Shown piece by piece: positions 38,686 to 52,562 of a stretch of 64,000 bases of DNA. The stretch is from positions 82,770,001 through 82,834,000 of the forward strand of contig CM059438.1 of assembly GCA_030390025.1 (NCBI GenBank). The letters are read 5' to 3'. Numbering within the stretch: position 1 is the first letter of the stretch; every line of letters starts with the position of its first letter. The stretch is from Squalus acanthias (taxonomy: Eukaryota). The translations under genes were made by a program, and so were the position numbers. The notes beneath the pieces were generated by a model. It worked only from the letters and a program-made list of their open reading frames with translations. It was not told the origin of the DNA and did not search any database.

Positions 38686-38939
38686 AGCATATTACCAAAT
38701 TCTTTTAAAACAAAATTATAGTCTTTCTGATTTTCTTCACTGATGGCGCTAACTCTGTCTGGGGCATGGTTCCATCGGACACTGGGGTTATTTGTGGTGC
38801 CTGAATTGAGATTGGCTGTGCATGGATCAAACTTGAAAACTTGTGGTCAATATGGCTCAGTGCTAGGCAATCAGGGGAATTCAAGTCCTGGATTCTGCTA
38901 GAAAAATACAAGATGGAGCTGAAATATTTATATATCAAC

Positions 38940-39336
38940 TTTCATATCCTCAGGATGACCCAAAGTGCTTGACAACCAATTAGTAACTTGTGAAGTATAG
39001 TCACTCTTCTTATGTAGGCAAATGCAGCAGCCAAATTGTGCACAACAAAGTCCCACAAACAGCAATGAAATGAATGAGCAGTTGATTTGTTTTGGTGTTG
39101 TTGGTTGAGGGATAAATGTTGTTCAGAAGACTGCTGATCTTCCAGTAATACCATGGGATCTTTTACGTCAACCCAAACAGGCAGACAGAGCCTTGGTTTG
39201 ACATGAGTCAAAAGATGGCACCTCTGACAATGCAGTACTCTACGGAACTGTTAGCCTTGATTATCTTGGAGCGGAACTTTAACCCACAGCCTTCTGACCC
39301 CAAGGCGAGAGAAGTCCAGCTGAGCCAAGCTGACAC
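38940..39336 (-). mobile_element. DeuSINE-type SINE (SacSINE1/AmnSINE1-related), near full length
   Basis: Core cagcagccaaattgtgcacaacaaagtcccacaaacagcaatg and ccatgggatcttttac, with a tRNA-like head at 39270-39336. Homologous to 54980-55395. Confidence 0.75.
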
Positions 39337-40274
39337 TTGTATACGATTAATCTCACTAAACTGACCTATCTGGTTTTCGAGCTGAAGTGGCAGAAGAAAG
39401 GCCTTCCTTTGAAAACGAGGAGAAAAACTGGACAGAATAAAATCTACAAATGTTCCAATGGAGTTCTAATTAATTCACTCTTCATATACCCCAATTTATG
39501 CACTGACATCTGTTACTCCAAGCTAGTACTTTTATGTAATCGTGATTTGGGATGTGTGGCACGTTATCCTGTGCGGCACGTTATCCTGTGCTCCCTTATA
39601 CATGACTTTTCCTTTATATTTAGCACTGTCATCTGGAGCAGCACCAAAGGGAGGGAGGGAAGATGGGAAGGAATATCAACTAAGGTCTCTCGAGCTCAGT
39701 TCACATTGGCCATTAACACCATGTCACTGGAATGGAGCAGGTCACTGCCTCCCCTCTGGGTCAGAGATGCTTCCATGGTACAATGGGCCTCAGATAAAGA
39801 CATAAACCCTTGAGAAAGTTATTTCAAGTGTTTTCATCCCTGTCTGAGGCCCCAAAATATGAAGAAAAGAGCTGAAGAACAGTGATATTGTCTTTGAGGG
39901 AGAAGCTATCTATGCCCAGCATGTCTTGAGAGTTTTTTTAATGGCTAGTCACACAACTCTTCCTCAGAGAGAGTCGGAGTATGTTGGGAAGAGTTCAAGG
40001 AATGCTCTCCTTTGGTGACTAATCTACCGTTTCTTGCCCTCTCAGCTCCCAGTGTTTGTTAGCTGGAGCCTATGCACATAGGTCATCAACTGAATTATTT
40101 TCCACCAGATGTTGACTTGATTTATATTACAGCGGAATTTCTTCTTTATTCTTACTATCATTTTGTTTTATCCTCTTCATGATGTCCAGGTACATGAAGT
40201 TACATCATTTGGGTCAGGAGATTAGTTAAAACCAGTCGTGCTTTAATCAGAAAATATAGATCTGCTCTGTTACC

Positions 40275-40470
40275 TGAGTGAATAAATGACGTGGTACTGA
40301 GCTATACCAACCAGGAAGGTCCCAGGTGCGATCAGTGCTAAGTTGATCAGCTTCATCTGTGGGGGTGGTCCTAGGGCACCACAGTGAGCTGGGAAAGGGA
40401 AAAAAATCAGCCACTGACGATTGTTATTCACACACCCGGCTGGAAATGTATATGTATGAGTTAAGATAGG
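40275..40470 (+). mobile_element. Ancient SINE copy (AmnSINE2-like)
   Basis: gtggtactgagctatacc..accaggaaggtcccagg..gatcag..gggaaaaaaatcagcc. Confidence 0.55.
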
Positions 40471-43054
40471 CTGAATGGCCTTCCTCATCTATAAGTACCT
40501 TGTCATCTGTGGTTGACGTTAAACCATATCAACCTAATACAAAGAGAAAAAAATTAAATGAGGTAAAAGAATTAAACAGAAAAAGATCCAGGAACATGGA
40601 GGTAATATCTAAGAAAATAATGCAGAGAACCAGAAAAATGTTTGATCACAGTTACTTCTGAGAAAGTAGGGGTCTGGACTGCTGTTGTCATTGCTGGCAG
40701 GAAGTGCAGCTCAAATGATCTGCAGTGGACAGTTTTCCACCCTCCCCACCCAAGATGGAACCTGACAGGGTCCTTTGAACTTGCAGCCCTCTGGTGGGTG
40801 TACCAGGCCAGCCTGAGTGTTTTATTAAAGTAAATCTTATTACAGTTCCCATCAACCTGCTTGGTTGTGTAAACTTCACGTGCCATCTTAAATGAAATGT
40901 TACCTAGCAACCAAAGCCAGTGTGAAGATTTAACAGTAATAGTAGCCAGAGGGCTTCATTGGACCCATTAATGTACATTTTTATAATTGCCATCTTAAAG
41001 GATATTTTTAATCTGAAAACTGCTTTCTTTAAATGTCACGTAATGAAAAAATTGTTCATACTTATTTCAGTCTGTCATTGCTTCAGGTTACTGCATCTAT
41101 TTCAGGGCAATGTATGTTACAATAAGTAGTCATCATTACAAAAACAAAAAGTTTGTGTGTCAATTTAAAACCAACTCTGGTATCAATTAAAGCACTGTAA
41201 TTTTCTCTTTGCCTCCATCTTAAATCCTTCCTCTTGGATTAGCCAGTTACCTTTCTAAAAATACAATAGCAAAATGTTCAGGGTAGAGTATATTTTATAA
41301 ATGAAAGGATGCCCATTTTTGGTGTGCATATTTATAAGCTAGCTTTACCCAAGACAGATGTCGTTTTTGCTGTTAAAGTGCATTTCAGATTTTTTGTAAA
41401 ACCGACAGTACTATATTTGGCTTTAACAGCAAGCATCACTAATTTATCATTGGCATTCCTCTTGCAGTGTGCACTTAGCTCATTGCATGCTCATTGTGCT
41501 TGTAGCTAGCTCGTGCTGCTAAAACCCATTTGATACAGTGTAGTAGGATTGCCACCTTGTGAAAAGCGTACGTGAGGACATCCAGCCACGTGCTTCCACT
41601 GTTGCATTTGACTAATTTACAATCCTATGTGCATTTGGTTCAGTACAATTGCATGCAGTAGCATTAATGGTTTCAGTCAGGCAGATCCCACTCATTCAGA
41701 AATGTTGATGGTGTTGCAACTTCCAGTGTTGCACCGGTTGAGATGTTGCCATGAAAGCAGCAATCCAGTGCTTTCTTCCAGGTTAGGTTGAAACACCTGC
41801 TGTGCTGGAACTGAAAGGCAGGCAGTGCATCTATAATTCAAATGTATAGTCCTTGGGCACAGTGACACCTGGGGTCAGGTACAGTGGAGGAGGGTGGCCA
41901 CTGGTGAAGGTGAGTCATTTACTATCCTGTTCAACACAGCTGCAAGATTCAAGACGGGTGGGAGCCATACTATATAGGGATGTGAACATCATTAGGACAT
42001 GAGAGTATGCACAGGCCCAGCAGAAATATTCCCTTTTTTCATTGGCACTGGTTATGATGTTTGAGTGCCCAGCTGTAATTTTGCACTTATCCTGTCACAA
42101 TTAACTGTGCTGAAGATGAAATTTGAAAATGTTTTAAAAGAAATTCTCGCAATAATAGCCCTGATCCCTGGTGAGATGGAACCCAGAAACATATAGTAGC
42201 CCAAACTTTGAAATAAAACCATGAGATTGTGCATCTACACTTGCGCTGTATCTAATCCTTCCCTCAGTACAAATTGCAGAATGGTGCCAAGGTACCAGAA
42301 AACCTCACAAGGTAGTAATGTATGTTTTTTTTTAAGTGAATCATGGGGAACAATTTCCAGCTGTTGAATTTTGTGCTGTGCTGTGCAGTACTAAAAAAAC
42401 GCACCAGTGGATATCAAACCTGGTGTGTCAGATAGGATAACATTGTACTTACATTTAGGGGAAGAAAAAGTTATGGACAAGGGAACTGTTTAAGATACAA
42501 GGTGGTCTCATGAAATCTTTCATTGTATGTTTTTTAAACTGCATGTAGTACTTTATTCATGAACAATATTTTTATTCATGAGGGTAATTTACACATTTTC
42601 CGTTGTTGGCTTCTCCCTCCTCCATTCCTCATTAGGTATATTGGGTTGATAGAGTGCCATCGATGGCAGATGTGCAGTCCTTCTGCCATCAAGGGCACTC
42701 TCTAATGGTGACCTCTGGAAATCTGACAGCACAAGGTACTATTGATGTCCACTTACCTTATAATGGCATTTTTTTGAGAAGCAGTAGCATGGACTGCATA
42801 TGAAATACAAAGGTGCCTTGTGCTACTTTTCCCACCAGTATTTGTCTGTAGGTATGATACATTTGTTGCACAGCATTCCAAAACAAAAAAGGTGAGCAGA
42901 TAACCTTCCCCAGGCAGAAGGCCACGTGACTCTATTCTTTCCTCCACCCGCCCCCCCCCAACTGATTCATGCTGGATTATGGTTCTAGGGACACTGGCAA
43001 CTTTCCACTGCGTCATGCAATTGGCCATTCAACATTTGTGAGCTCAAGGAGTGA

Positions 43055-43612
43055 GGGGATAATTTTAACCCACCCGGCGGGAACAGGGTGGCCACGCAGT
43101 TAAAATTGCCTCCAAAAACTTACCGGCCTGTTCCAGCTCCATTCCTGCCTATCGCCACTTTAACTGAGCCCTTTTTTTAAGCCGGCCGAGGCACTCAGCC
43201 GACTCAGGCGGGGGCCTAATTAATTCATGAAAATTGGAGTCCCAAAGGCACATTAAACACCGACTGAGCAGGGCACCTGCCGCAGCCACCCCCTCTCAGT
43301 AAAACCTGTCGGGGAAGAAGCGGAGGCTCTAACAGACGAGTCTCTGCTGTCCCGGCTCCTTCCCTTCCCACCTGCGAGAGCCTCCCCACCCACAAGTTAC
43401 CAGCGGGTGGCCTCTGGGCTGCCCAATATTTGCCTGCTGGCAGCCCTGGGCAGCTGGCTTTTTGAGGCCGATTTGGCAGGGCAGCAGGCTGGCGGAATGT
43501 AAATGAAGCCTGGGAGTTAAAATAGTCCAGGCCTCAACTTGATAACGTTGTGGGAGGATGGGGCGGGGGGCGGCAGCCCACCACAAACCCTCTCCCAGTT
43601 AAAATCTCCCCC
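43055..43612. mobile_element. GC-rich MITE-like element
   Basis: Imperfect terminal inverted repeats ggggataattttaac / gttaaaatctcccc bound a GC- and CpG-rich block. Confidence 0.6.
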
Positions 43613-43669
43613 CACCCCTGTGCTCTCAAGTATCATGCTCTGATCGGTTTGTATCTTCACCCAATGTCA

Positions 43670-43870
43670 ATACACACACACACTTTCAAGTAGGGTTACA
43701 GGATAGGAATCTGAAGCAGCAATCCTGGGGGTGCTGAAGCCAATTGTAGTACTCCAATTGCCACCACAGCTGAGATTAGCAAACTCAGTGCAGCCCAGAA
43801 ATCGTACCTGTGAGCTTCCTGGTCTATGTGGCTTAGGACCCCAACAAGGTGGTGCATTTACCAATTGATC
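43670..43870 (-). mobile_element. Ancient SINE copy (AmnSINE2-like)
   Basis: gccaattgtag...cagctgagattagcaaactcag...cttcctggtctatgtggcttag...gtgcatttaccaattga. Confidence 0.55.
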
Positions 43871-45373
43871 CACCAAAAATACTCTCCTTCGCTGCTCTTA
43901 AACCAATTCCCAAGAGTTGCACAAGAGCATCCCGGTGGACTCAGCCTCCAACTTTACTCCATTTCTCGAGGGAGTGCCTTCACTCTCCTCTGAGTGGCCC
44001 ATCCAAGTTGGGGAGCTCACCATGTGGGGAAGAAGCTGTGTCTTATGAGTCTGTCATGCAGTGAATTAATGCTGCCATACTGACTGATGATATATTTCTT
44101 TTTAAATCTGATGGAGTGTTAGAAAAAAATAAGTCAGAGAACTGGCTCCTTAAAGGGCAAGTGCTAGTTGATTTACAGCAGTCCCCCTTAGTGCAAAGTG
44201 CAGCGTCAATGGGACTATATTGAGGCAGGCAGTGATGTAATTTAAATTGGTAATTTACTGTAAGTAGTCACAAAAGCTTTTGCCTGAAGTGCATACATGT
44301 TTCTTAAGGGTGTAACCAGACTTTAATTATCTAAATGTAAATACTTAACAAATTTTACTTAGAGTAATGAGCTAAAGTGCGCACTGTATAAATGAGATAT
44401 TCTAATTAATCATACATGAATTGCTGGTTTAAAGGAGTGTTGCATGCGTCTGTGGATGTTGGTAAAATGCCCAATAGCAAATCACAATTTGCATTCATAG
44501 ATAAGCTCATTTAATACAAGTTTTATGAAATTTGACTAACCATATTCAAAATAGTCTTCAGCATTTACATGCATGTATATGTTCAGGATGTTGGCCTTTA
44601 TTTTGGGAAGCCTCTTTTGTTTTGTGTATAGTAAATGTCTTGCACATCTCTGCTTGTGCGATCATAACCTCTCATTCACCACTCCAAATGTTGATTTGTG
44701 AATTGATCTTTGATCCACTAGTAGCAGCTATCCAGTATAAGTACCATACACTAACCTCTTGATCTCCTTAACTGCCCTGTTTGTAAATATAAAATAGTAA
44801 ATTTCCAACTAATACCTTGTTTACAGTTGGAAATAGCAGCTGAGTGAACACATAATTCAGCTCCTTTTGCTACGATGAGTAATGTCAATCAAAGCAAAAC
44901 TCAATTTAAAGTTAAGGGCACCAAACTCAACTTCTGCTTTCACTCTCCTATCATTATAAGCTATGGTAACAATGCCCAGTATCCCCTTCAGAAGTACTGA
45001 TAGAAAGGGGAGTTAAGCATCGTTTCTTTGGGGGTCAAACTGGCTCCAAGATGATACACCTGGCCATGGTAGATTGAAACGAATTCAACCTTCTGGCAGC
45101 TATGGTCATCTGATATCTAAGCCAGGTAGATCTGCAGTACTGTAGGGCACTGTGCTGATTGACCAGGCAGCCTGACTCATTCATGAGACATGGAATAGTA
45201 GACATGTCATTTGGGGCATGATTCTTTCCACTTGGCTCTGGAGAACCCTAAAGGTAGCGCCTAATGGGTGGGGTGGTTCTGGCTAGACAGTAGTGGGAAG
45301 CTTATCAGTACTTTGTGTTGGTAAGTTGCGTGGTTTTAGCTGGTTAACTTCGACAGTAGCCATGCGCACACTT

Positions 45374-46243
45374 GGGGCTGGATTTTACCTGCCGAGACGA
45401 GTTGGGGGCGGGACTGCTGCCTTCCAGGTTCTAGTCCCACCCCCAGCGACGTCTGACGCACAGACACTATTTGCCCCTGATTGGCCTTGTTAAGCCTGCC
45501 CTGCGGGCTTGCTGGCCAATTAAGGGAAAGCCGGTGTCAGATGACGTCAGTTGATGACGCTTCATCTGCTGGTTTTCTTAAAGGGACATGAAAACCATTT
45601 ATTTTTGACAGATGATTTGACAGTGTTTGACAGCATTGAGGTGCTGTCAAACACTGACGATCACTGTACAAAGGTGAGCCCTTGCACTGAGGCTCTCCAA
45701 TGACTCTCTCCTTAGGATAAAACAGATGGCAGCTGCAGGTGAGGGTACAGAAGCGATCTGTCACTTCTCCCAATGAGGTGAGGCCACACAAACACTTCAA
45801 AGCTTGTCACCTACAGAAAAATCTAAACACATTAAAAATGACTTTCCCAACATTTCCTTACCTCTGATACTCACCAGTGTCCCATTGCATCCTTCACACC
45901 ACTTCTGCAGCTGTCATCGATACACAAACATTACAACAGACCCACAGCACGCCTCACTTACCCTGGCGGGGTTCCCCGACGTCAGGAAGCCCGCAGCAGA
46001 AGTCTTAAAATGGGAAAAAGCCTCTTAACTGCCTGTTAACTACCTGTTAACAGGCAGTTAAGTGGCTATAATCCTCTTCCCGCCACTAGGAGTCGGGTCC
46101 CTGCGCAAATCGTGGACCCGACTCCCGGGAAGATTGATTGGAGGCAGGTTGGGAGCGGGTTCGGGACCCGTTCCCATTCTTTTTGATTTTCCCAGCAGTC
46201 CCGCCTCCAAACTCGCCTCCTCGGGGAAGGTAAAATCCAGCCA
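45374..46243. mobile_element. Non-autonomous DNA transposon (about 870 bp), possibly PIF/Harbinger-type
   Basis: Perfect 15-bp TIR ggctggattttacct (45376-45390) / aggtaaaatccagcc (46228-46242), with GC-rich subtermini. The superfamily is inferred from the G-rich termini. Confidence 0.7.
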
Positions 46244-46457
46244 AGGGGTCACCAAGCCCTAGCTATTGACAAGTTGTCAAAGCTCTCTGGACTTAGGTAG
46301 GTGGCATGTAGGAGAAAGTGTGAACTTCATATCGGGCAAAAAAAACTCTATCCATGTGAATTTCTCAGTAGTTTTGGCTTGGAGAGTCTTAAACATGGTG
46401 ATGGGTTTCTGTGTGTGCCAGATACCCAGCTGCCTAAAAAAAATCTTTTGCAGCTAT

Positions 46458-46571
46458 GGAGTTGAAATTCAACTTGAAGTCAATAGAAGGGAAAATCGGG
46501 TGAGGCGTATAACAGGCGTCCGATCCGTGACCGCCTGTTTTGTGCCCCGTATTGAAGTTCAGTTTCACTCC
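46458..46571. mobile_element. Short MITE fragment related to 50026-50189
   Basis: Imperfect inverted ends ggagttgaaattcaactt / aagttcagtttcactcc. Internal gtcaatagaagggaaaatcggg resembles the reverse complement of cccgattttactctccattga. Confidence 0.5.
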
Positions 46572-47757
46572 CTATGTTTTTTTTTAAAGTGTATGTGCAT
46601 TAGCTAGAATACTCGGGGAGTTCGGTCATATTTTTTGATCGCTGTTCTCTCCCTCATGCTGGTGAAACTGCTCAACGTCGTAAACAGGGTCATTTTATCA
46701 GTTGGAGGATAAAACTAAATTTACAGACCCACCATCTGAAAGAGCTGAAGGATTTAGGTACCCTAAATCAGGTATAAATTTGTTGTTGCGCTGTAGCTTG
46801 AGTCATAAGATTGAAAGAGCTCGCTGAGCCATGCTCTCCCGAGCTTACTGCAGGGCGCAATAGAATACCTTCAACACCCTTTTGCCTTGTGGAAATTGTT
46901 GCTGTTTGAGTGAATGCTCATACTTTATTAGGATCATGATTGTGCTGAGTTTGAAATTTAGTACCCCAACAAACACTCTGGTATCCTTGGGCTGCTGTGA
47001 CTTCTGACTACAGCACACAGTGTATGTACTCCCTTGTCATGTATATTTGTGATAATGTACAAAATTGGTTGTATCTTTAACGGGCCTCCACTGTGATAGC
47101 CTTCAGGGTGTTGAAGCTTTCCATGCTCAGTGTTATTGCAATACCAGAAGGATTAAAGAAAAATTGTGTTGGTTATATCTGGAATACTTCATTATTTTCT
47201 TCTTGGTATCCTTACAGTTGAATTTTCAGATGCCATTTTATACAAAGTAAGATGACCTTAAAAACAGCTCAAAGGTTTTCGTGACATTGTGGTGATGATA
47301 TGAGACTAAAAACACATGGTAGCTCACAAGGCTCTACTTCTCATTCAGTTATGTTAATGTTACAAATGGGCATTGTGAATGATTTTATTTGGCATTTTGC
47401 TGCATGGAAATGCAGTCTATTCTGATAATTTGAAGTAGCTTTTTGTACTAAAAAATGGAATGATCTAATTTGAATTAAACAATTTAAATAATTCAGCAAG
47501 GTGTGAATTTAGTGCTAAAATTAACTGATCAAATAATATCAATTAAGCAACTTTGAATTAAGGGGAGGCAGACTGCATATGAAAAAGAAATCAGAAAACA
47601 TGCATCATGTATGAGCATGATCCTGAGTCACAGCAAACAGAAGAGCAGTGTCTGCCATTTTACCACAATGACATCACAACCATACCATTCTCCCATGACA
47701 TGGGGAAGAGTCTATTTTAAATCCCTTTGTAGCAGACGGAAACAGTGTGGAGTAATA

Positions 47758-48176
47758 CAGGAAACTTTTGTTTATCCGGCACCCAAATATCCGGAATTCT
47801 CGCTTAACCGGCAAAAATCATCCTCCGAAAACTCCTCTCAAATAACCGGCAATGTTGCCGAGTCGCAGTCGAGTCTCCGCGAACGCCGAGTACTCCGAAA
47901 ACTCCTCTCAAATAACCGGCAATGTTGCCGATCCCGAGTCCGAGTCCGCGAACGCCGATTTAGTCAGTAGGGGTAGTTTTCAAAAGTGCCACTACTCGGC
48001 CTCCTGGTGCTGTCGGAAGTCCGAAACACTGCAGTAGCAGGAGTTGATTCTCCCGCGCTGCCTGGAGTCTCTTTGTTAAAAATAGCCTCGGTAGATATAA
48101 CTCTCCGTTATCCGGTACTTTCGATAAACCGGCACCACGCCGGTCCCGTCGGTGCCGGTTAATAAAGAGTTTCCTG
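47758..48176. mobile_element. Tc1/mariner-pogo (Tigger-like) MITE, copy 1
   Basis: TA at 47756-47757 and 48177-48178. TIRs caggaaacttttgtttatccggca / tgccggttaataaagagtttcctg. Highly similar to 60314-60738. Confidence 0.9.
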
Positions 48177-48241
48177 TACTTGATATATTCTAGCAGGAAA
48201 ATTGAAACAATCACTTAACTCATGTACTCTTTCTGTTGTAG

Positions 48242-48448
<207 letters not shown>

Positions 48449-50025
48449 TAAAATGTGCTGTATTTGGATCCTTGACTATAAGGCTCAAGTTCCCATTTAA
48501 CATTATATGTGGGCTTCCTCCCTACCCTGCCAGTCTTTACATGATCGTTCAAGGAAGGGAGGGGAAGCTGCACATTGGACAAATTCCTTCATGTATTAAT
48601 CACCTTCCTAGAGATGCACATTGGTAGTGGTATCCATGGAGGAATCATTGGGCTGGACTGAACTTCACTCCTGAGCATAGGGCTTAGCATGGTTTCAAGG
48701 CAAGGGGAGAGAAAATGGGGAATATACTGTGAAAGGGATAAATCTAACCCTAAAATAAGTTTCTCTGTGTGGCACAGTAGATACAGCAAGACTACTTTCC
48801 ATAAGCAGCATCCCTCGAATTGTGTGACAAATGAAGGTGGAGCTCTGTGGCAGGATTGCTTTTTCTGCAACACAGGATCTCGGGATTCTAAAGGCCTTGT
48901 TTACAAAATTTAGTTCAAGGTGAAATTTTAATTTACTTAATAGAATTCTTAGTTTGCAACAATAAAATAACAATTAAAGCTGTATTGCAGATAAAGATAA
49001 TATTTTAAACCGTAAAAACTTATTAACTAATTACTGTGTTAAAAGAAAGTAAACTTTCCCTTTGTGGGTGTAAGAGAAATTGTTTTATAATCAGAACTCT
49101 TTTATACTGTGCCACTGCCACTGGTTCCTGACATACTGATCATATGTAGTCGATGGCAGTCCCAAAGATAAACCTAGCAGATTTACTGAGGCTGGCAGCA
49201 ACCAAGTTCTGGCTTTTACTGGGTCTTTCTAAAGAGCGTATGTATTTGTCCACTAAATATTCTGAGTTAGGATTGCAGCCTAACATTATAATGTAATAGA
49301 GTGTCATTACATCAGTATGAAGATGCATTGTGGCTTGCCTAGCACATGTGGGTGGACATGTGTTATTGCTGACATTATGCAACCTATGCACACTGTCCAA
49401 AAGTCACTGCCAGTTGCACATGTGCAGACTTTTGAGATTGCAATCGAGCGCCAATCTATAAGAATCCAGCTCTACTTTGCACACTTAAGTGCTGGAGTCA
49501 CTCTCCCGCAACCCAGAAAACAGAGACCACCAAACGAGAAAATGGCTGAAGAAGGACTGAATCAACAACAGTTCTCTGCAGTGTGTATGGATTTGGTGAT
49601 CAATTTCCTGTTATTAGAGACCATAGAGTGAAAATCCTCTTTTAACAAAAAATTGAAGAATGCCTGTTTATTTCCATAATTAATAAACAAAATCATGGGC
49701 ACACAGTTTTAAAGCATACAATTTTTGGGACACAATTTTGTTAGCAAGTTGTTAGTCATGGAGGAAAACGAACACTCTAATTTTGTTAAGAGGAGTTTCA
49801 ACCCTCCTTTATCCAGTTTACTTCTGAAAATGCAGTTATTGGAATGGCTTCTGTAGCATGGATTTTCCTACCTTCACCGTGCGACTTTCAGTGGGTATTC
49901 TGCAAATGGGGCAGGGATCCGTTATGCAGAATTTTTGCCCTATTTTGCACCTGCCCAATTTTCCATCATCATTTCTGGCCGGCATTGAACGTGTTTACAT
50001 GAGGTGGTAATGATGTGCGGACATC

Positions 50026-50189
50026 ATGGGGGCAATTTTAACCTAACCCGCCCCTCGGGAAACTGACGGGATCAGGTGCAACGCTGTTTTTACATCCCGC
50101 CCGATTTTACTCTCCATTGAATTCATTGACGGCGTTCCACCCGATCCTGTGGATTTCCCGCCAGTGAGTTAGGTTAAAATTACCCCCAT
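50026..50189. mobile_element. Palindromic MITE (about 160 bp)
   Basis: 22-bp inverted ends atgggggcaattttaacctaac / gttaggttaaaattacccccat (1 mismatch), with further internal complementarity. Confidence 0.75.
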
Positions 50190-51299
50190 ATGTCTTATCT
50201 CCCATCATTACTGTCTCATTAATGCTGAGCTTACATCATGCTCGTAAAAATAGCGTTGTGAGATAGAATTTGATTTAAAGAGCCCAGCAGCTGTTCTGAA
50301 AGGATTCATGAAAAGTTTATTTCTCAGCCAATTTTGATTTTTTTTCCTATTCCCTGCCTTCTACTGTGGGGTTCCCACTTTTCCCTTCCTCCTATTCTTA
50401 AAAAAAAAAGTCTCAATGGAAATTGGAATTGGAAATATCACTGTATATTAATTTTTGGGAGAAAAAGAAGAGGAGCAAAGCAAGTTGGTCAGGCAGCAGA
50501 AGAGGTGCATGGCATCCACCTGGACCATGAACACCACATGTTCTGATTGATGCCACCTCATCAAACATCTTACAAACCTTGCCAAAAACAATCTCTGCCT
50601 TCCCAACATCTAGTGCAACCATAATTTTAATGAAAACCCATACTTTGTGTGTGACGTGTTTGCACTGTGAAAGTATGTAACATATGACCTCTTAAAGCTA
50701 ATCTAATATTCTTCCTAGGTGTTAGCTGAGTAGCAGAAATGTGTAAGATTGCTGGCTGATGCACACCATTAGGAGCCTCTTGGGACTAAGGTTGTCTTAT
50801 CTCGTGGCACTTAAAGCCTGAGGTGAACTTGTTGCAGGCTGCACCTCATGTGCTGCTGCAAGGGCATCCTGGCCCTACTTTCTTTCTGCCATGTATGCTG
50901 CATCTTATCGGTGCATTCCTGCCATACCGCTTGTACTGGGCACTGGATCTATACAATCACTAATCTGTAGGAAAGCAGACCTAATGGTACCAATCAGATT
51001 AGTAAAGCACTGAGAAATGGTTGTCTATAATTGCTCACCAAGACTGGGGGAAACCAGGAGAGACAGCCTTTCCCTCATTGGCACTCAAACCCTCTTTGGC
51101 AGCACTGAGCGTGCATGTCATAAGCTAAAACTGTCCTTGTGGCTCCTGTCATGGGGCGCCCATTGCATATTGGCCAAGTGCTGCAAAGGCATCCATCATG
51201 GTGTTGCAGATGTGGGTAAAGGACTCCTCCAACTGATTCATCATCTGCTGCATGTCGGAAACCATTCCAAATGTCTCTATATACATTTTATGCCCCAAT

Positions 51300-52562
51300 C
51301 AAAGTCTCAAATGGCATCCTCGATGACTGTGTTGCACTCTCCCTCCTGCTCCTTCTCGACCTGTCTGTAGCCTTTGACACAGTTGATCACACCATCTGCC
51401 TCCAAAGCCCCTCCTATGTTGTCCAGCTGAGTGGGACTCCCCTCGCCTACTACCACTTTTACCTATTCGGTCATAGCCAGAGAATCTCTTGCAATGGCTT
51501 CTCTTCTTGTCCCACCACCATCATCTATGCTTGGCTGCCTCCTATTTCTCATCTACATGCTGCCCCTCGACCACATCATCTGAAGACATGACATCAGGTT
51601 CCACATGTACGCTGACGACACCCAACGCTGCTTCACCACCTCCTCTCGGCTCCACTGCCCCTGTGTTGTCAGCCTGCTTGTTCAACATCCAGTCCTGGAT
51701 GAGCCACAATTTCCTCCAATTAAACATTGGGAAGACCAAAGCCATTTGTCTTCGGCCTCTGCCACAAACTCCGTTCCCTCACCACCGATTCCATCTCCCT
51801 CCCTGGCCACTATCTCAGGCTGAACCAGACTGTTTCCAACCTCGGCGTCCTATTTGACCCTGAACTGAGTTTCCAACTCCATATCGGCCATGATCTAATT
51901 GAATGACGGAACAGGCTTGAGGGGCTGAATGACCTGCTGCTGTTCCTATGTTCCCATATCCTTTCCATCGCAAAGACTAGCTACTTCCACCTCCATAACA
52001 TCGGCCGTCTCTGCCCCTGCCTCAGCTCATCTGCTGCTGAAACACCCATCCCTGTTTTTGTTGCCTCCAGACTCGGCTATTCCAATGCTCTCCTGGCCAG
52101 TCTTCCTTAATCCACCCTCCATAAACTTGAGCTTATCCAAAACTTTGCTGCCTGTATTCTAACCCGCACAAAGCCCCGCTCACCCATCACCCCTGTGCTC
52201 GTTGACGTATATTGGCTCCCGGTTCACCAACGCCTGAATTTTAAAATTCTCATCATTGTGTTTAAATCACTCCGTGGCCTCACCCCTCCCTATCTCTGTA
52301 ACCTTCTCTAGCCCTACAACCCTCCAGGAACTCTATGTTTCCTCCAACTCTGGACTCATCCATTCCCCCCTCCCTTCACCCCACCATTGGCAGCCGTGCC
52401 TTCAGCCATCTAGGCTATAAGCTGTGGCATTCCCTCCCTAAACCTCTACATCTCTCTACCTCTCTCTCCTCATTTAGTACTGTTCTTAAAGTTACTTCTT
52501 TGACCAAGCTTTTAGTCACCTGTCCTAAAATCATCTTCTTTGGCTTGGTGTCAGTTTTTGTC
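51300..52562 (+). mobile_element. L2 LINE RT to 3' end, decayed
   Basis: LLLLLDLSVAFDTVDH, MYADDTQ, IQSWMSHNFLQLNIGKT and IGSRAFSHLG..LWHSLP. Confidence 0.9.
51886..51953 (+). mobile_element. 68-bp CR1 3'-tail insertion nested in L2
   Basis: TSD ccatatc at 51879-51885 and 51954-51960. The sequence matches the tail at 62098-62160. Confidence 0.85.

Noticed and set aside
47611-48214. ORFs recurring at 47.6-48.2 kb and 60.4-60.8 kb as a duplicated gene
   Set aside because: They lie within the twin MITEs and show no transposase or other domain.
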